Made by a program: the position numbers and the translations under genes. Shown one piece after another: positions 36,169-44,728 of a stretch of DNA of 52,575 nt. Under the pieces are notes generated by a model. That model made no database searches, was not told the origin of the DNA, and saw only the letters and a list, made by a program, of their open reading frames with translations. The DNA comes from Gemmatimonadota bacterium (GTDB lineage Bacteria; Gemmatimonadota; Gemmatimonadetes; Longimicrobiales; Gaopeijiaceae): NCBI GenBank assembly GCA_043820695.1, contig JBDRDQ010000098.1, forward strand, positions 1-52,575, written 5' to 3'. Numbering within the stretch: position 1 is the first letter of the stretch; every line of letters begins with the position of its first letter.

Positions 36169-37647
36169 CTATAGCGTATAGTTCGGAGCTTCCCTGGTGA
36201 TGGTGACATCGTGGGGGTGGGACTCCCGCAGGCCACCCGACGTGATCCGGAAGAACCGGGCTTTCTCCCGGAGCTGGGCCAGATCGGCCGCACCGCAATA
36301 CCCCATCCCGCTCCTGAGACCCCCTACCAGCTGGAAGACGGTGTCGGAGAGGGGGCCTTTATAGGGCACCCGGGCCTCGATCCCCTCCGGTACGAGTTTG
36401 CTGGCCCCGGCATCAGGATCCTGGAAATATCGGTCCGCGGAACCTTCCTCCATGGCGGAGAGGGAGCCCATTCCCCTCACGATTTTGAAGCGCCGCCCCT
36501 CAAGGAGGAACGCCTCCCCCGGGGATTCGTCGGTCCCTGCGAACATGGACCCCATCATGACCGATTGGGCACCCGCTGCCAAGGCCTTCACGATATCCCC
36601 GGAATACCGGATCCCGCCGTCTGCAATTACGGGGATCCGTCCCTCAACCCCCCTGACCGCCTCCTGAATAGCCGTGAACTGAGGAACTCCCACACCCGTT
36701 ACGACCCGGGTGGTGCAGATGGATCCCGGCCCGACCCCGACTTTTACGGCATCCCCTCCCCGCTCCATAATGGCCTTCGCCCCCTCCGCCGTGGCGACAT
36801 TCCCGGCAACCAACTGGACGTCGGGCAGGGCTTCCCGGGCTTTGGCCAGCGCCTGAAGGACTCCCTCAGAGTGGCCGTGGGCCGTGTCGATGACCAGAAC
36901 GTCCACCCCTGCTCCGACCAGTGCCTTGGCCCTTTCCAGATCGGCTTGGGCGGCACCCACTGCGGCACCAACTCGCAGCCGTCCGTGTTCGTCCTTGCAC
37001 GCGTCGGGAAACTGGCGACGCTTGAAGATGTCCTTCACGGTGATGAGGCCCTTCAGGATGCCGTTATCGTCCACGACCGGCAGCTTCTCGATCCGGCGTG
37101 CGTGGAGGATTCGCTCGGCCTCGGCCAGGGTGGTGCCCACCGGCACCGTGATCAAGCCCTGTGCGGTCATGACGTCCCGGATGGGTTGATCCAACTCCGT
37201 CTCGAACTGGAGATCCCGATTGGTGACGATACCCACAAGCTTCCCGTCGGCCTGGACGATGGGCACCCCGGAGATATGGAACCGGGCCATAAGGGCGTGG
37301 GCTTCACGCAGGGTCCGATCGGGACCCAGGGTGATGGGGTCCCGGATCATGCCGCTCTCGGACCGCTTCACCCGATCCACCTCCGCGACCTGCCGGTCGA
37401 TGGTCATGTTCTTGTGGATGATCCCGATCCCCCCCTCCCGGGCCATGGCGATGGCCATCTGACACTCGGTCACCGTGTCCATAGCCGCCGATACCAAGGG
37501 AACCTGAAGGGGGATCTTGGCCGTTAGAAAAGAGGCCAAGGAGGTCTCACGGGGGTGAACCAGGGAATGGCCCGGAACCAGCAAGACGTCGTCGAAGGTG
37601 AGGCCTTCTCCGAGGATCCTGTCCTTCATTCCCACTACCTCCGCCAT
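36169..37647 (-). CDS. guaB: Inosine-5-prime-monophosphate dehydrogenase
   Basis: Full-length, with a CBS pair. The catalytic loop is [20 protein letters not shown], and [17 protein letters not shown] is present. Confidence 0.95.
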   Translation of the reverse strand: MAEVVGMKDRILGEGLTFDDVLLVPGHSLVHPRETSLASFLTAKIPLQVPLVSAAMDTVTECQMAIAMAREGGIGIIHKNMTIDRQVAEVDRVKRSESGMIRDPITLGPDRTLREAHALMARFHISGVPIVQADGKLVGIVTNRDLQFETELDQPIRDVMTAQGLITVPVGTTLAEAERILHARRIEKLPVVDDNGILKGLITVKDIFKRRQFPDACKDEHGRLRVGAAVGAAQADLERAKALVGAGVDVLVIDTAHGHSEGVLQALAKAREALPDVQLVAGNVATAEGAKAIMERGGDAVKVGVGPGSICTTRVVTGVGVPQFTAIQEAVRGVEGRIPVIADGGIRYSGDIVKALAAGAQSVMMGSMFAGTDESPGEAFLLEGRRFKIVRGMGSLSAMEEGSADRYFQDPDAGASKLVPEGIEARVPYKGPLSDTVFQLVGGLRSGMGYCGAADLAQLREKARFFRITSGGLRESHPHDVTITREAPNYTL

Positions 37648-37811
37648 GGTGTATCTCCAGCCTCTATGAGGGTCTTCCCCGGCTCCACGTAAAGTAAGCG
37701 CCCGCTGTCACCCGGCACTCCTGGGGAGTACACGACGAGCGGGCGGGAAGCTCAGGGACTGGCCTCTCATACCGTTTCATGGGCCATGATATTCACGGCC
37801 TCCGAACGGTG

Positions 37812-38189
37812 TCAACCCGGGGCCGACTCGCTACCGGTCTTGCCCCCACTCCCCACCGTCGGGGAGGATCCGGGTTGGGTCCCCTTCCCCTCCGTCGAAC
37901 CGTTCAGCTCTCCGAGGAGCTCCCTTCCCATGTTCGCGACGTTCGAGAGAACTTTGTCGGCAGCGGAGATGAGCTGAAAAGCCTCGCGAAGACTAGCTGG
38001 GCTCACCGTTCTTCGGCGGAGCTGATCCTCCAGTTTCTCGGCGAAACTCTGGAGGCCCGTGGTCTCCGGGGAAAGGTCGGGGGCATATTTGGACTCCAGG
38101 AACTCTATATAATCGAGGACCTGATAGACCTGACCTTCCGGAAGGCTCTCGAGCTTTCGAAGGAGGCGGGTTCTGAGGACATCATGCAT
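37812..38189 (-). CDS. Hypothetical protein with a DUF2281-like N-terminus and a Gly/Ser/Thr-rich tail
   Basis: LLRKLESLPEGQVYQVLDYIEFLESKY resembles the DUF2281 (antitoxin-like) pattern. No partner toxin gene is adjacent. Confidence 0.5.
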   Translation of the reverse strand: MHDVLRTRLLRKLESLPEGQVYQVLDYIEFLESKYAPDLSPETTGLQSFAEKLEDQLRRRTVSPASLREAFQLISAADKVLSNVANMGRELLGELNGSTEGKGTQPGSSPTVGSGGKTGSESAPG

Positions 38190-38330
38190 GGTCTGAATTC
38201 CTTAACCGGCGAAAGAAGTCATCGCTAAGAATAACACTCCACCCGGACCCCGGGGGAGTTCCCTCCCTTGGAAGGCCCACAGATCCTGGGCCTGGGAACC
38301 ATGGGATCTCCGCCCAGGGAGTCCATGAGA

Positions 38331-38358
38331 TTGCCTCTCGTTATCATGTCCTGATAAC
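38331..38358 (+). promoter_or_regulatory. AT-rich inverted repeat TTATCA-N5-TGATAA overlapping a candidate promoter upstream of the metal ATPase
   Basis: TTATCA (38341-38346), tgtcc, TGATAA (38352-38357). A possible -35 TTGCCT lies at 38331-38336 and a -10-like GATAAC at 38353-38358. It lies 26 nt upstream of the annotated GTG and is conspicuous in a GC-rich background. Confidence 0.3.
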
Positions 38359-38382
38359 CCTTGCACGGCCTTCGGGCCAAGG

Positions 38383-40596
38383 GTGACCCTAAGAGTTGCC
38401 GTTGGCGATCTCCGCCCTTTCCTTTGGGGGGCGCCTCCCGTAGACGGCGGGCCCAGGGCCATTCTTGATAACCTCCGACCGAAGCGACCAGTGGAAATCA
38501 CCCGATCGAATCCCCGACCCCGTAAGGAAGACAGTGCTCCTCCCTGGCAGTCGTTGGCCATCTCCACCGGGTCATGTGCCCTTTTCGGAATCTCAGGGGC
38601 CGTAACCGGCAACCTGATCGACCGACCTGCCCTTTCTCTGGTTTTCTTTGTGTTGGCCTACCTCGCGGGGGGCTGGGAAGCTACCTGGGAGGCTTTCAGG
38701 GCGCTGAGGAAAGCAAGGCTGGAGGTGGACCTCCTCATGGTCATCGCGGCCGCAGGAGCCGCATTTCTGGACCACTGGGCGGAAGGCGCCATTCTTCTGT
38801 TCCTTTTCTCGCTGGGAAACACTCTCGAGACGTTCGCATTCGGGCGCACCCGCCGGTCCATCCAGGGCCTCATGGAGCTTCGGCCTGAATCGGCGGCAAA
38901 GCTCGATGGGGATGGGGAGACCGAGGTCCCCATCGAAGCGCTGACTCCAGGGGACGTAATCCGGGTTCGACCCGGGGACCGGATCCCACTGGACGGTAGG
39001 GTGACGGCAGGGGAATCACCGGTGGACGAATCTACGTTGACCGGAGAGGCGGTGCCCCTTCGAAAGAAGATTGGGGATGAAGTATTCGCTGGTACTCTCA
39101 ACGGTTCCGGTACCCTCGATATCCAGGTGACCCGACTGGCGGAAGACACGACACTGGCCCGCGTCATACGGATGGTGGAGGAAGCCCGGGAAGCTCAAGC
39201 CCCGGCCCAGAGCTGGATCGAGAGAGCGGAAAGCACCTATGCCGGCATCGTCATCTTCGGGGCCATCGTGGCCGTCGGGTTTCCCATGGCCGTACTCGAC
39301 TGGGGCTTTGACGAGGCATTCTACCGAGCCATGACTCTGCTGGTAGTGGCTTCACCCTGCGCCCTCGTCATCTCCATCCCGGCCACCATCGTCTCCGCTG
39401 TCTCCAACGGGGCGCGAAACGGGGTCCTTTTCAAGGGAGGGGCCAGCCTGGATGCCCTGGCCAGCGTGAAAGTGGTGGCCTTCGACAAGACCGGCACCCT
39501 CACACAGGGACGGCTGGAGGTTGCCGGGTTCTTTCACCTCCTGAGGGGAGAAGAGCCGGGAGAGGTCCTCGTGAGTCCGGAAGTTGCAGCCATCATGACC
39601 CGACTCCCCGCCCGGGTTTGCCCGGTAGTGGACCCTGCCGACGGACCAAGGGGGCATTGTCCCGGACTTACTCGGGAGGACGAAGACTTCCTCCGCCTGG
39701 TAGCGGGGCTGGAGTCCCGAAGTGAGCACCATGTGGCCCAAGCCATCCTACGTGCGGTGGAGGCCCTGGGGCTCACCGTTCCCCAGCCTCGGAGCTTTGA
39801 ATCGTTTCCGGGCCGAGGAATCGAGGGAACCGTGGAAGGGATCTCCCTGGTAATTGGCCGGAAAGAGTGGGTAGAGGAGCGGGTGGGGGAGACCGCCCCG
39901 GATCTCCTCCTCCGTTGGTCGGAAGCGGGGGGGCGGGAGGCGGCCTCCCCCATATACGTGGCAGCTGACGGCGCTCACGTGGGTACCCTCGTCATCGCGG
40001 ACCAACCTCGGGTTGGCGCAAGGGAGACACTGGAGGCTCTTCGAAGGGCCGGGGTTGAGGAAATAGCCATGATCACGGGGGACGACGCCCGAACCGCCCG
40101 AGCCATTGCGGATCTGGTAGGAATAGACCGGATCCATGCAAAGCTCCTTCCCGATGAAAAGTCCCGGGTCTTGGAGGAGCTCCGAAAAGAATTCGGCCCG
40201 GTCGCCATGATCGGGGACGGGGTCAACGACGCGCCGGCCCTTGCTACCGCCGACGTGGGGATCGCCCTGGGTGCTGCCGGGACAGACGTGGCCCTGGAAA
40301 CCGCAGACGTGGTGGTGATGGGGGACGACCTGGGAGGAATCCCCTACGCTCGGGCCCTGAGCCTCCGAGCGAGAAGAGTCGTGGTGCAGAATCTGGTCTT
40401 CTCCTCAGGAGTCATCCTCACTCTGGTCACCTTGGCCATCATGGGATCCATCAGCCTTCCAGCCGGCGTGGTGGGGCACGAAGGGAGCACCATCGTGGTG
40501 ATCTTCAATGGCCTACGGCTCCTCAGGGGCCAGAAAAGGGAGCAACCCCCGGGAGTTGAGGATCTCCCTGAAAGCATGGGCCGTACTGCCGGCTAA
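38383..40596 (+). CDS. P1B-type heavy-metal translocating ATPase (SPC transmembrane motif, no N-terminal metal-binding domain)
   Basis: LTGEAVP (A-domain TGE), VVASPCALVISIP, phosphorylation site FDKTGTLT, GDGVNDAPAL, HEGSTIVVIFNGLRLL. The start codon is uncertain: GTG 38383 has a poor RBS. Confidence 0.88.
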   Translation: MTLRVAVGDLRPFLWGAPPVDGGPRAILDNLRPKRPVEITRSNPRPRKEDSAPPWQSLAISTGSCALFGISGAVTGNLIDRPALSLVFFVLAYLAGGWEATWEAFRALRKARLEVDLLMVIAAAGAAFLDHWAEGAILLFLFSLGNTLETFAFGRTRRSIQGLMELRPESAAKLDGDGETEVPIEALTPGDVIRVRPGDRIPLDGRVTAGESPVDESTLTGEAVPLRKKIGDEVFAGTLNGSGTLDIQVTRLAEDTTLARVIRMVEEAREAQAPAQSWIERAESTYAGIVIFGAIVAVGFPMAVLDWGFDEAFYRAMTLLVVASPCALVISIPATIVSAVSNGARNGVLFKGGASLDALASVKVVAFDKTGTLTQGRLEVAGFFHLLRGEEPGEVLVSPEVAAIMTRLPARVCPVVDPADGPRGHCPGLTREDEDFLRLVAGLESRSEHHVAQAILRAVEALGLTVPQPRSFESFPGRGIEGTVEGISLVIGRKEWVEERVGETAPDLLLRWSEAGGREAASPIYVAADGAHVGTLVIADQPRVGARETLEALRRAGVEEIAMITGDDARTARAIADLVGIDRIHAKLLPDEKSRVLEELRKEFGPVAMIGDGVNDAPALATADVGIALGAAGTDVALETADVVVMGDDLGGIPYARALSLRARRVVVQNLVFSSGVILTLVTLAIMGSISLPAGVVGHEGSTIVVIFNGLRLLRGQKREQPPGVEDLPESMGRTAG

Positions 40597-41073
40597 AGCC
40601 GATACCGCCGAATGTCCGGCTGAAAGGGCCTCCGGGGGGATGTAGAGCTTGAAGCGGAACTCCGTGTCGGACTCAGCCGGATTCCCTTCTAGTCTGGGAA
40701 GGCGGTACCGAAGGGTAAGGGGCGTTCGGTACCCCTCAGGAAGCGCGTTCCGGGCCACGCCGGCGAGATGGGAAAGCACCCCCTCCGGATCCCTCACCTT
40801 GGAGAGTTCGGGCCCATCCACAACCAAGGCAAGGTTCCCCTTCAAACCCCGGCTTGTCTCGTCCAGAAAGACGTCGATACTCCCCCAGTCCGGCACCCCT
40901 TCGGAGTGGAAGAAGAGGTAGGCGCTTCTGGAGGATTCACCCGCCCAACGTCCTTCAAATTCGTAGCTCGTGGTCTTCTGGTGGCCGGACAGCTCCCATC
41001 CATCCCCCTCCAACCCTTCCCGAACCGCCTCCATGAGCGGCTCGAGGGTGAGCAGGGGCTCAGACGAACTCAT
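40513..41073 (-). CDS. Hypothetical protein (186 aa), divergent from the fur-family gene
   Basis: ATG-initiated ORF with no family I recognise. Its 3-prime 84 nt overlap the 3-prime end of the convergent ATPase gene. Confidence 0.45.
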   Translation of the reverse strand: MSSSEPLLTLEPLMEAVREGLEGDGWELSGHQKTTSYEFEGRWAGESSRSAYLFFHSEGVPDWGSIDVFLDETSRGLKGNLALVVDGPELSKVRDPEGVLSHLAGVARNALPEGYRTPLTLRYRLPRLEGNPAESDTEFRFKLYIPPEALSAGHSAVSALAGSTAHAFREILNSRGLLPFLAPEEP

Positions 41074-41085
41074 AGCTATTAAGAA

Positions 41086-41119
41086 TCAATATTGACAAGG
41101 TCTCACCCCCGGCTAGCTT
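41086..41119 (+). promoter_or_regulatory. Candidate promoter/operator of the Fur-family gene
   Basis: A perfect 10-bp palindrome TCAATATTGA (41086-41095) overlaps a consensus -35 TTGACA (41092-41097). A 16-nt spacer follows, then a -10-like TAGCTT (41114-41119), 54 nt upstream of ATG 41173. Confidence 0.35.
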
Positions 41120-41172
41120 TTGTGGGTGTGAATTAGAATCCCTCGAGCGTCAGCTTGGAGTCCCTCAGGATA

Positions 41173-41646
41173 ATGAAAGCCTCACATGAAGCCGCCAACG
41201 CACGTCTCCGAGAGGCCCTCGATGCGACGGGCCATCGGTTCACGGAGCAGCGTGCCGCAGTCTACCGGTTTCTCTCAGGCACCACCAGCCATCCGAACGC
41301 CGACGAAGTATTCCAGGCGGTCAGAGGGCAAATCCCTGGCATCTCCCTGGCTACGGTCTATAAGAGTCTTGAAACCTTGGTCAACTGTGGGTTGGCCGCC
41401 AAGCTGACTTACAGCGACGGATCGGCCCGATATGATGCTCGCATGGATCCGCATCACCACGCGCGATGCATCTCCTGCGGTCGAGTCATGGACATCCCGG
41501 GTCACCGGTTGGGGAAGGAGCTTGAAGGTCTTTCCCGAGGATTGGACGGATTCTCGGTCCTGGGCTATCGTTTGGAGTTGACGGGGTTCTGTGGAGCTTG
41601 CAGCCCCCACCGACACATGCGCGAATCCGCGGGCCCGATGAACTGA
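41173..41646 (+). CDS. Fur-family metalloregulator (Fur/Zur/PerR subtype not resolved)
   Basis: HRFTEQRAAVYRFL, HPNADEVFQAV, ISLATVYKSLETL, HHHARCISCG, and C-terminal FCGAC (CxxC...CxxC structural zinc site). Confidence 0.85.
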   Translation: MKASHEAANARLREALDATGHRFTEQRAAVYRFLSGTTSHPNADEVFQAVRGQIPGISLATVYKSLETLVNCGLAAKLTYSDGSARYDARMDPHHHARCISCGRVMDIPGHRLGKELEGLSRGLDGFSVLGYRLELTGFCGACSPHRHMRESAGPMN

Positions 41647-41697
41647 TCCCGGAGGCGGGCAGGGCCCCGATTCCCAAGGCGAGACCTCCCCGGAGCC

Positions 41698-43290
41698 ATG
41701 GTCACCAGAAACAGCCGATTCCTCTTCCTCCCCGTCCTGCTGGCAGTCGCCCTCGCCGTTCTTCCCGAAACACCGGGAATGATCGGGGCCGAAGCCGAGG
41801 CCAGGGAGGCTCCGGAACCCAGGCCTGTCCCACCCCCCGATGCGATCCATCCGGAGATCCAGCAACTCCGCCTCGAGTTGGAGCGGATTCTCACCTCCAC
41901 CGGGAACCGTCAGGGCCGCTGGGCAGTCCTGGCCGTTTCCCTGGACCGGCATGACACTCTCCTGGCCATGAACCCCGACCAACTCATGGTCCCAGCCTCC
42001 AACATGAAGCTCCTGTCCACTGCTGCAGCCCTCCACTATTTGGGGCCCGACTTCCGGTATCGAACCTTCCTTCTGGCGGACGGATCCACGGTCGGAGAGG
42101 TACTTCAGGGGGATCTGGTCCTATATGGAACAGGAGATCCTACGCTCTCTGAGCGGTTCTATCCCTCCGAAACCGCCGCTCTGGACACCCTGGCCAACCG
42201 AGTCCTAGGCCTGGGGATCCAAGAGATTCAGGGGAACCTGGTTGTGGACGGCAGCTTCTTCCAGGGCCCCGACCTCCATCCCGAATGGGATCCTGCCGAC
42301 CTCAACGATGCTTTTGCCCCCCCGATCTCGGCCCTTTCCCTAGCCGAGAACCTGGTGACCGTCAGAGTGGAGCCTGGAAGCTGGTTGGAAGCTCGGCCCT
42401 CCATTCACACCATTCCTGAGGCTTCCGGCATTCCCACCAACAACGTCGCCCGGACGGTGTCGCCCTCCTCACGTTCCAGGATTTGGCTCCTGCGGGGAAC
42501 CCCCCAGGATCCCATCGGGATCGAAGGAGAGATACCCCTTGGCGGCGCCGAGGTCTGGAGGCGCCTTCCGGTTCCAGACCCTCTCCAGTTCACAGGACTC
42601 CAGTTGAAACGGGCTTTGGAAGCACGGGGATTGAGAATAGCGGGGACGGTGGTCACGATACGGGACTCGGCCGCTTCCTCACTCTCCCGAGATCCCGTCC
42701 TGACCGGGATGAAGGGAGGCGCGCAACCCAGGATCCTCGCCGTTCTCGAATCTCCTCCCCTTATCGACCTTCTGAGGATCATCAATAAGGAAAGCAACAA
42801 CTTCTTAGCTGAGACCGTGATGAAGACGCTGGGGCGGGCGGTTTTCGGGGACGGGTCCTTCTCGGGCGGTGGGCGAGCGGTGGAGAGGTTTCTGATCGAG
42901 AAAGTGGGAGTCCCCCCGGCAGAGCTTCAGGTCCGAGACGGCTCCGGGCTTTCCCTGGGGAACCAGGCCTCGGCCGGAGTCTTCGTCAAAACCCTCGAGT
43001 ATATGGCGGCGTCCCCCTACTGGGAGCAGTACTTGAACACCCTTCCGCAAGCGGGCGCTCGGCGAGAGATGGGGAGGATGTCCGGAAGTCCGGCGGCGGG
43101 GAACTTGATGGCCAAGACAGGAACGATGCGTCGGGTGTCGGCCCTCTCAGGCTTGGTCCGAACCCGATCGGGGGAGCGGATTCTTTTCAGCATCCTCTCC
43201 AATGAGGTGGCCTCAGAGTACCGGGCCAAGAGGGCAGAGGATCAACTCGGAATCCGACTGGCCTCCCTCTCCCGTCCCTTTCCGAACTGA
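41698..43290 (+). CDS. dacB: D-alanyl-D-alanine carboxypeptidase/endopeptidase (PBP4, peptidase S13)
   Basis: Signal peptide, active-site SxxK in PASNMKLLSTAAAL, YGTGDP, an SGL-type motif region DGSGLS, and KTGT in MAKTGTM. Confidence 0.85.
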   Translation: MVTRNSRFLFLPVLLAVALAVLPETPGMIGAEAEAREAPEPRPVPPPDAIHPEIQQLRLELERILTSTGNRQGRWAVLAVSLDRHDTLLAMNPDQLMVPASNMKLLSTAAALHYLGPDFRYRTFLLADGSTVGEVLQGDLVLYGTGDPTLSERFYPSETAALDTLANRVLGLGIQEIQGNLVVDGSFFQGPDLHPEWDPADLNDAFAPPISALSLAENLVTVRVEPGSWLEARPSIHTIPEASGIPTNNVARTVSPSSRSRIWLLRGTPQDPIGIEGEIPLGGAEVWRRLPVPDPLQFTGLQLKRALEARGLRIAGTVVTIRDSAASSLSRDPVLTGMKGGAQPRILAVLESPPLIDLLRIINKESNNFLAETVMKTLGRAVFGDGSFSGGGRAVERFLIEKVGVPPAELQVRDGSGLSLGNQASAGVFVKTLEYMAASPYWEQYLNTLPQAGARREMGRMSGSPAAGNLMAKTGTMRRVSALSGLVRTRSGERILFSILSNEVASEYRAKRAEDQLGIRLASLSRPFPN

Positions 43291-43305
43291 CAAGACCTAA
43301 GGAGG

Positions 43306-43566
43306 TCAGGTCGTTCTGGCACTGGAAGAGCTCCTGCCCCTGGCAGAGCGGTGGCGTCGTCTGAGCTCCACCTCCGACATGGTCCGAAGGGTCCTCTCCG
43401 CGGTCTTAAGACTGTTCCACCGCACGTCCACCAACTCCACCGCTCCCTCCTCAGGCGCGCCGTCCGGAAACAAAACAAGCCAGTATCGGCCCTTATAATC
43501 GTCGCCGGACCTCTCCCTGACCGAGGCCACCCAGCTCCCGCCTAGCTTATCTTGAAACTTCCTCAC
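43306..43566 (-). CDS. Hypothetical 86-aa protein with an Arg/Ser-rich C-terminal tail
   Basis: The ATG at 43566 lies 1 nt after the stop of the upstream AraC-type gene, so it is probably co-transcribed. I recognise no family. Confidence 0.4.
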   Translation of the reverse strand: MRKFQDKLGGSWVASVRERSGDDYKGRYWLVLFPDGAPEEGAVELVDVRWNSLKTAERTLRTMSEVELRRRHRSARGRSSSSARTT

Positions 43567-43567
43567 A

Positions 43568-44458
43568 TCAATCTCCTCTTACCCTCGAGCGCCGAGACGA
43601 ATCAGGCCACAGATACCCGGGGTCGGGACCCAAGTGCCTGTGCGAGTAGCTGCTGGAGCGGCTCCATCCGGACCCACTCCTGGGTGTTCGCAGGCCATTG
43701 CGATGGAGGAAGTGCTCCAAGATCAGGTGGGCTCCCCCCCCCTCACGGACCTCAGTGGGGGTGGTCCCGGTGTAAAGTCTCAGGGCTCTCCGAAACGCGG
43801 CTCCCGAGGAGTACTCCAACTGCCGACCCACGCTTTCCCCCGTCCGGCCCGGCTCTTCCAGCCAATGTCCGGCATGAAACAGTTTGGTCCACAGAAGGAA
43901 GTGGCCCAGGGAGGGGAATCCCACTTTCTTGAACCGTTCACTCAGGTGGGGTCGGGTGAGGCCGACCTCATCGGCCAGCTCCTCCGCCGACCACCGGCGA
44001 TGCACGGAATCCATGGCCAGGTAGGCGATCCGCAGCTCCCGGCGGGGCAGATAGGGGCTGAGCGCTCGAAGCACGAGGGAGGTGGCGCTTTCCTCCCCCG
44101 CCCGGGCCAGGGTTTTGGCCAGCTCATGCTTGAGATCTTCCACCGGGAGCAACACCAGGTTTCGGATCCCAGCCTTCCCCAAACGGAAGAGAGTGAAGGG
44201 GTCTCGGTGTTTCTGGAGAAGGACCACCAATCCAAGGTGAGGGAACTGGGTCCGTAGCCCGGAGAGGATTCTCTCCGAGGTGGGGTAGACGGGCATGGCT
44301 TCCAGATCCACGATGGCCCCCGTCGCAGGCCGTTCTCTTACGATACGATTCAGTCCCCCCCAGGAGTGGACCGATGCCAGGGAATGTTGCGGCTCCAAGA
44401 GCTCCGCCAAACGGAGCTTCAACGGTCGATCACCCGCCAAAACCGCCAAGAGAGCCAT
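43568..44458 (-). CDS. AraC-family transcriptional regulator with a receiver-like (possibly pseudo-receiver) N-terminal domain
   Basis: C-terminal HTH_18 pattern WSAEELADEVGLTRPHLSERFKKVGF...GESVGRQLEYSSGAAFRRALRLYTGTTPTE. The N-terminus has alternating beta/alpha character with AIVDLEA but lacks the usual N-terminal acidic pair. Start taken at ATG 44458. Confidence 0.75.
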   Translation of the reverse strand: MALLAVLAGDRPLKLRLAELLEPQHSLASVHSWGGLNRIVRERPATGAIVDLEAMPVYPTSERILSGLRTQFPHLGLVVLLQKHRDPFTLFRLGKAGIRNLVLLPVEDLKHELAKTLARAGEESATSLVLRALSPYLPRRELRIAYLAMDSVHRRWSAEELADEVGLTRPHLSERFKKVGFPSLGHFLLWTKLFHAGHWLEEPGRTGESVGRQLEYSSGAAFRRALRLYTGTTPTEVREGGGAHLILEHFLHRNGLRTPRSGSGWSRSSSYSHRHLGPDPGYLWPDSSRRSRVRGD

Positions 44459-44596
44459 AAGACCTTCGGAAAAGGTATACCCTGGTCCGGAAATGAGTAG
44501 GCGCACCCAGATAGGGCCGCCCAACGTTACACCATCCTATCAAGAACCCGCTTGCCTGCGGAACCCGTGCCCTGGCTCAAACACCAAGGAGATCCC

Positions 44597-44728
44597 ATGA
44601 AGAAGGTCCGCCTGTTCCTGACCGCCGTGATCGCTGCCCTGGCTTTTACAGCAGCCGCCTGCACCTCCCCCACGGGCCCTGACCACACCATCGGCTCCGG
44701 GAACCACACCATCGGCTCCGGGAACTAG
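44597..44728 (+). CDS. 43-aa predicted small lipoprotein/secreted peptide with a tandem heptapeptide repeat (not in the supplied ORF track)
   Basis: AAGGAG (44586-44591), a 5-nt spacer, then ATG. The translation is MKKVRLFLTAVIAALAFTAAAC|TSPTGPDHTIGSGNHTIGSGN: a basic n-region, a hydrophobic core and a lipobox-like AAAC. The TAG stop at 44726-44728 shares the CTAG with the stop of the convergent TPR gene. Confidence 0.6.
   Translation: MKKVRLFLTAVIAALAFTAAACTSPTGPDHTIGSGNHTIGSGN
44682..44723. repeat. Perfect 21-nt tandem duplication inside the small lipopeptide ORF
   Basis: ACCACACCATCGGCTCCGGGA occurs at 44682-44702 and 44703-44723, encoding HTIGSGN twice. Confidence 0.95.

Noticed and set aside
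36211-37527. 438-aa ORF on the plus strand
   Set aside because: It is antisense to guaB, whose identity is unambiguous. Shadow ORF.
38301-38354. 17-codon mini-ORF (MGSPPRESMRLPLVIMS) upstream of the ATPase, ending inside the TTATCA/TGATAA palindrome
   Set aside because: It has a weak RBS and no peptide features. A leader peptide cannot be supported from sequence alone.
43634-44257. 207-aa plus-strand ORF
   Set aside because: It is antisense to the AraC-type regulator, which has a clear HTH signature.
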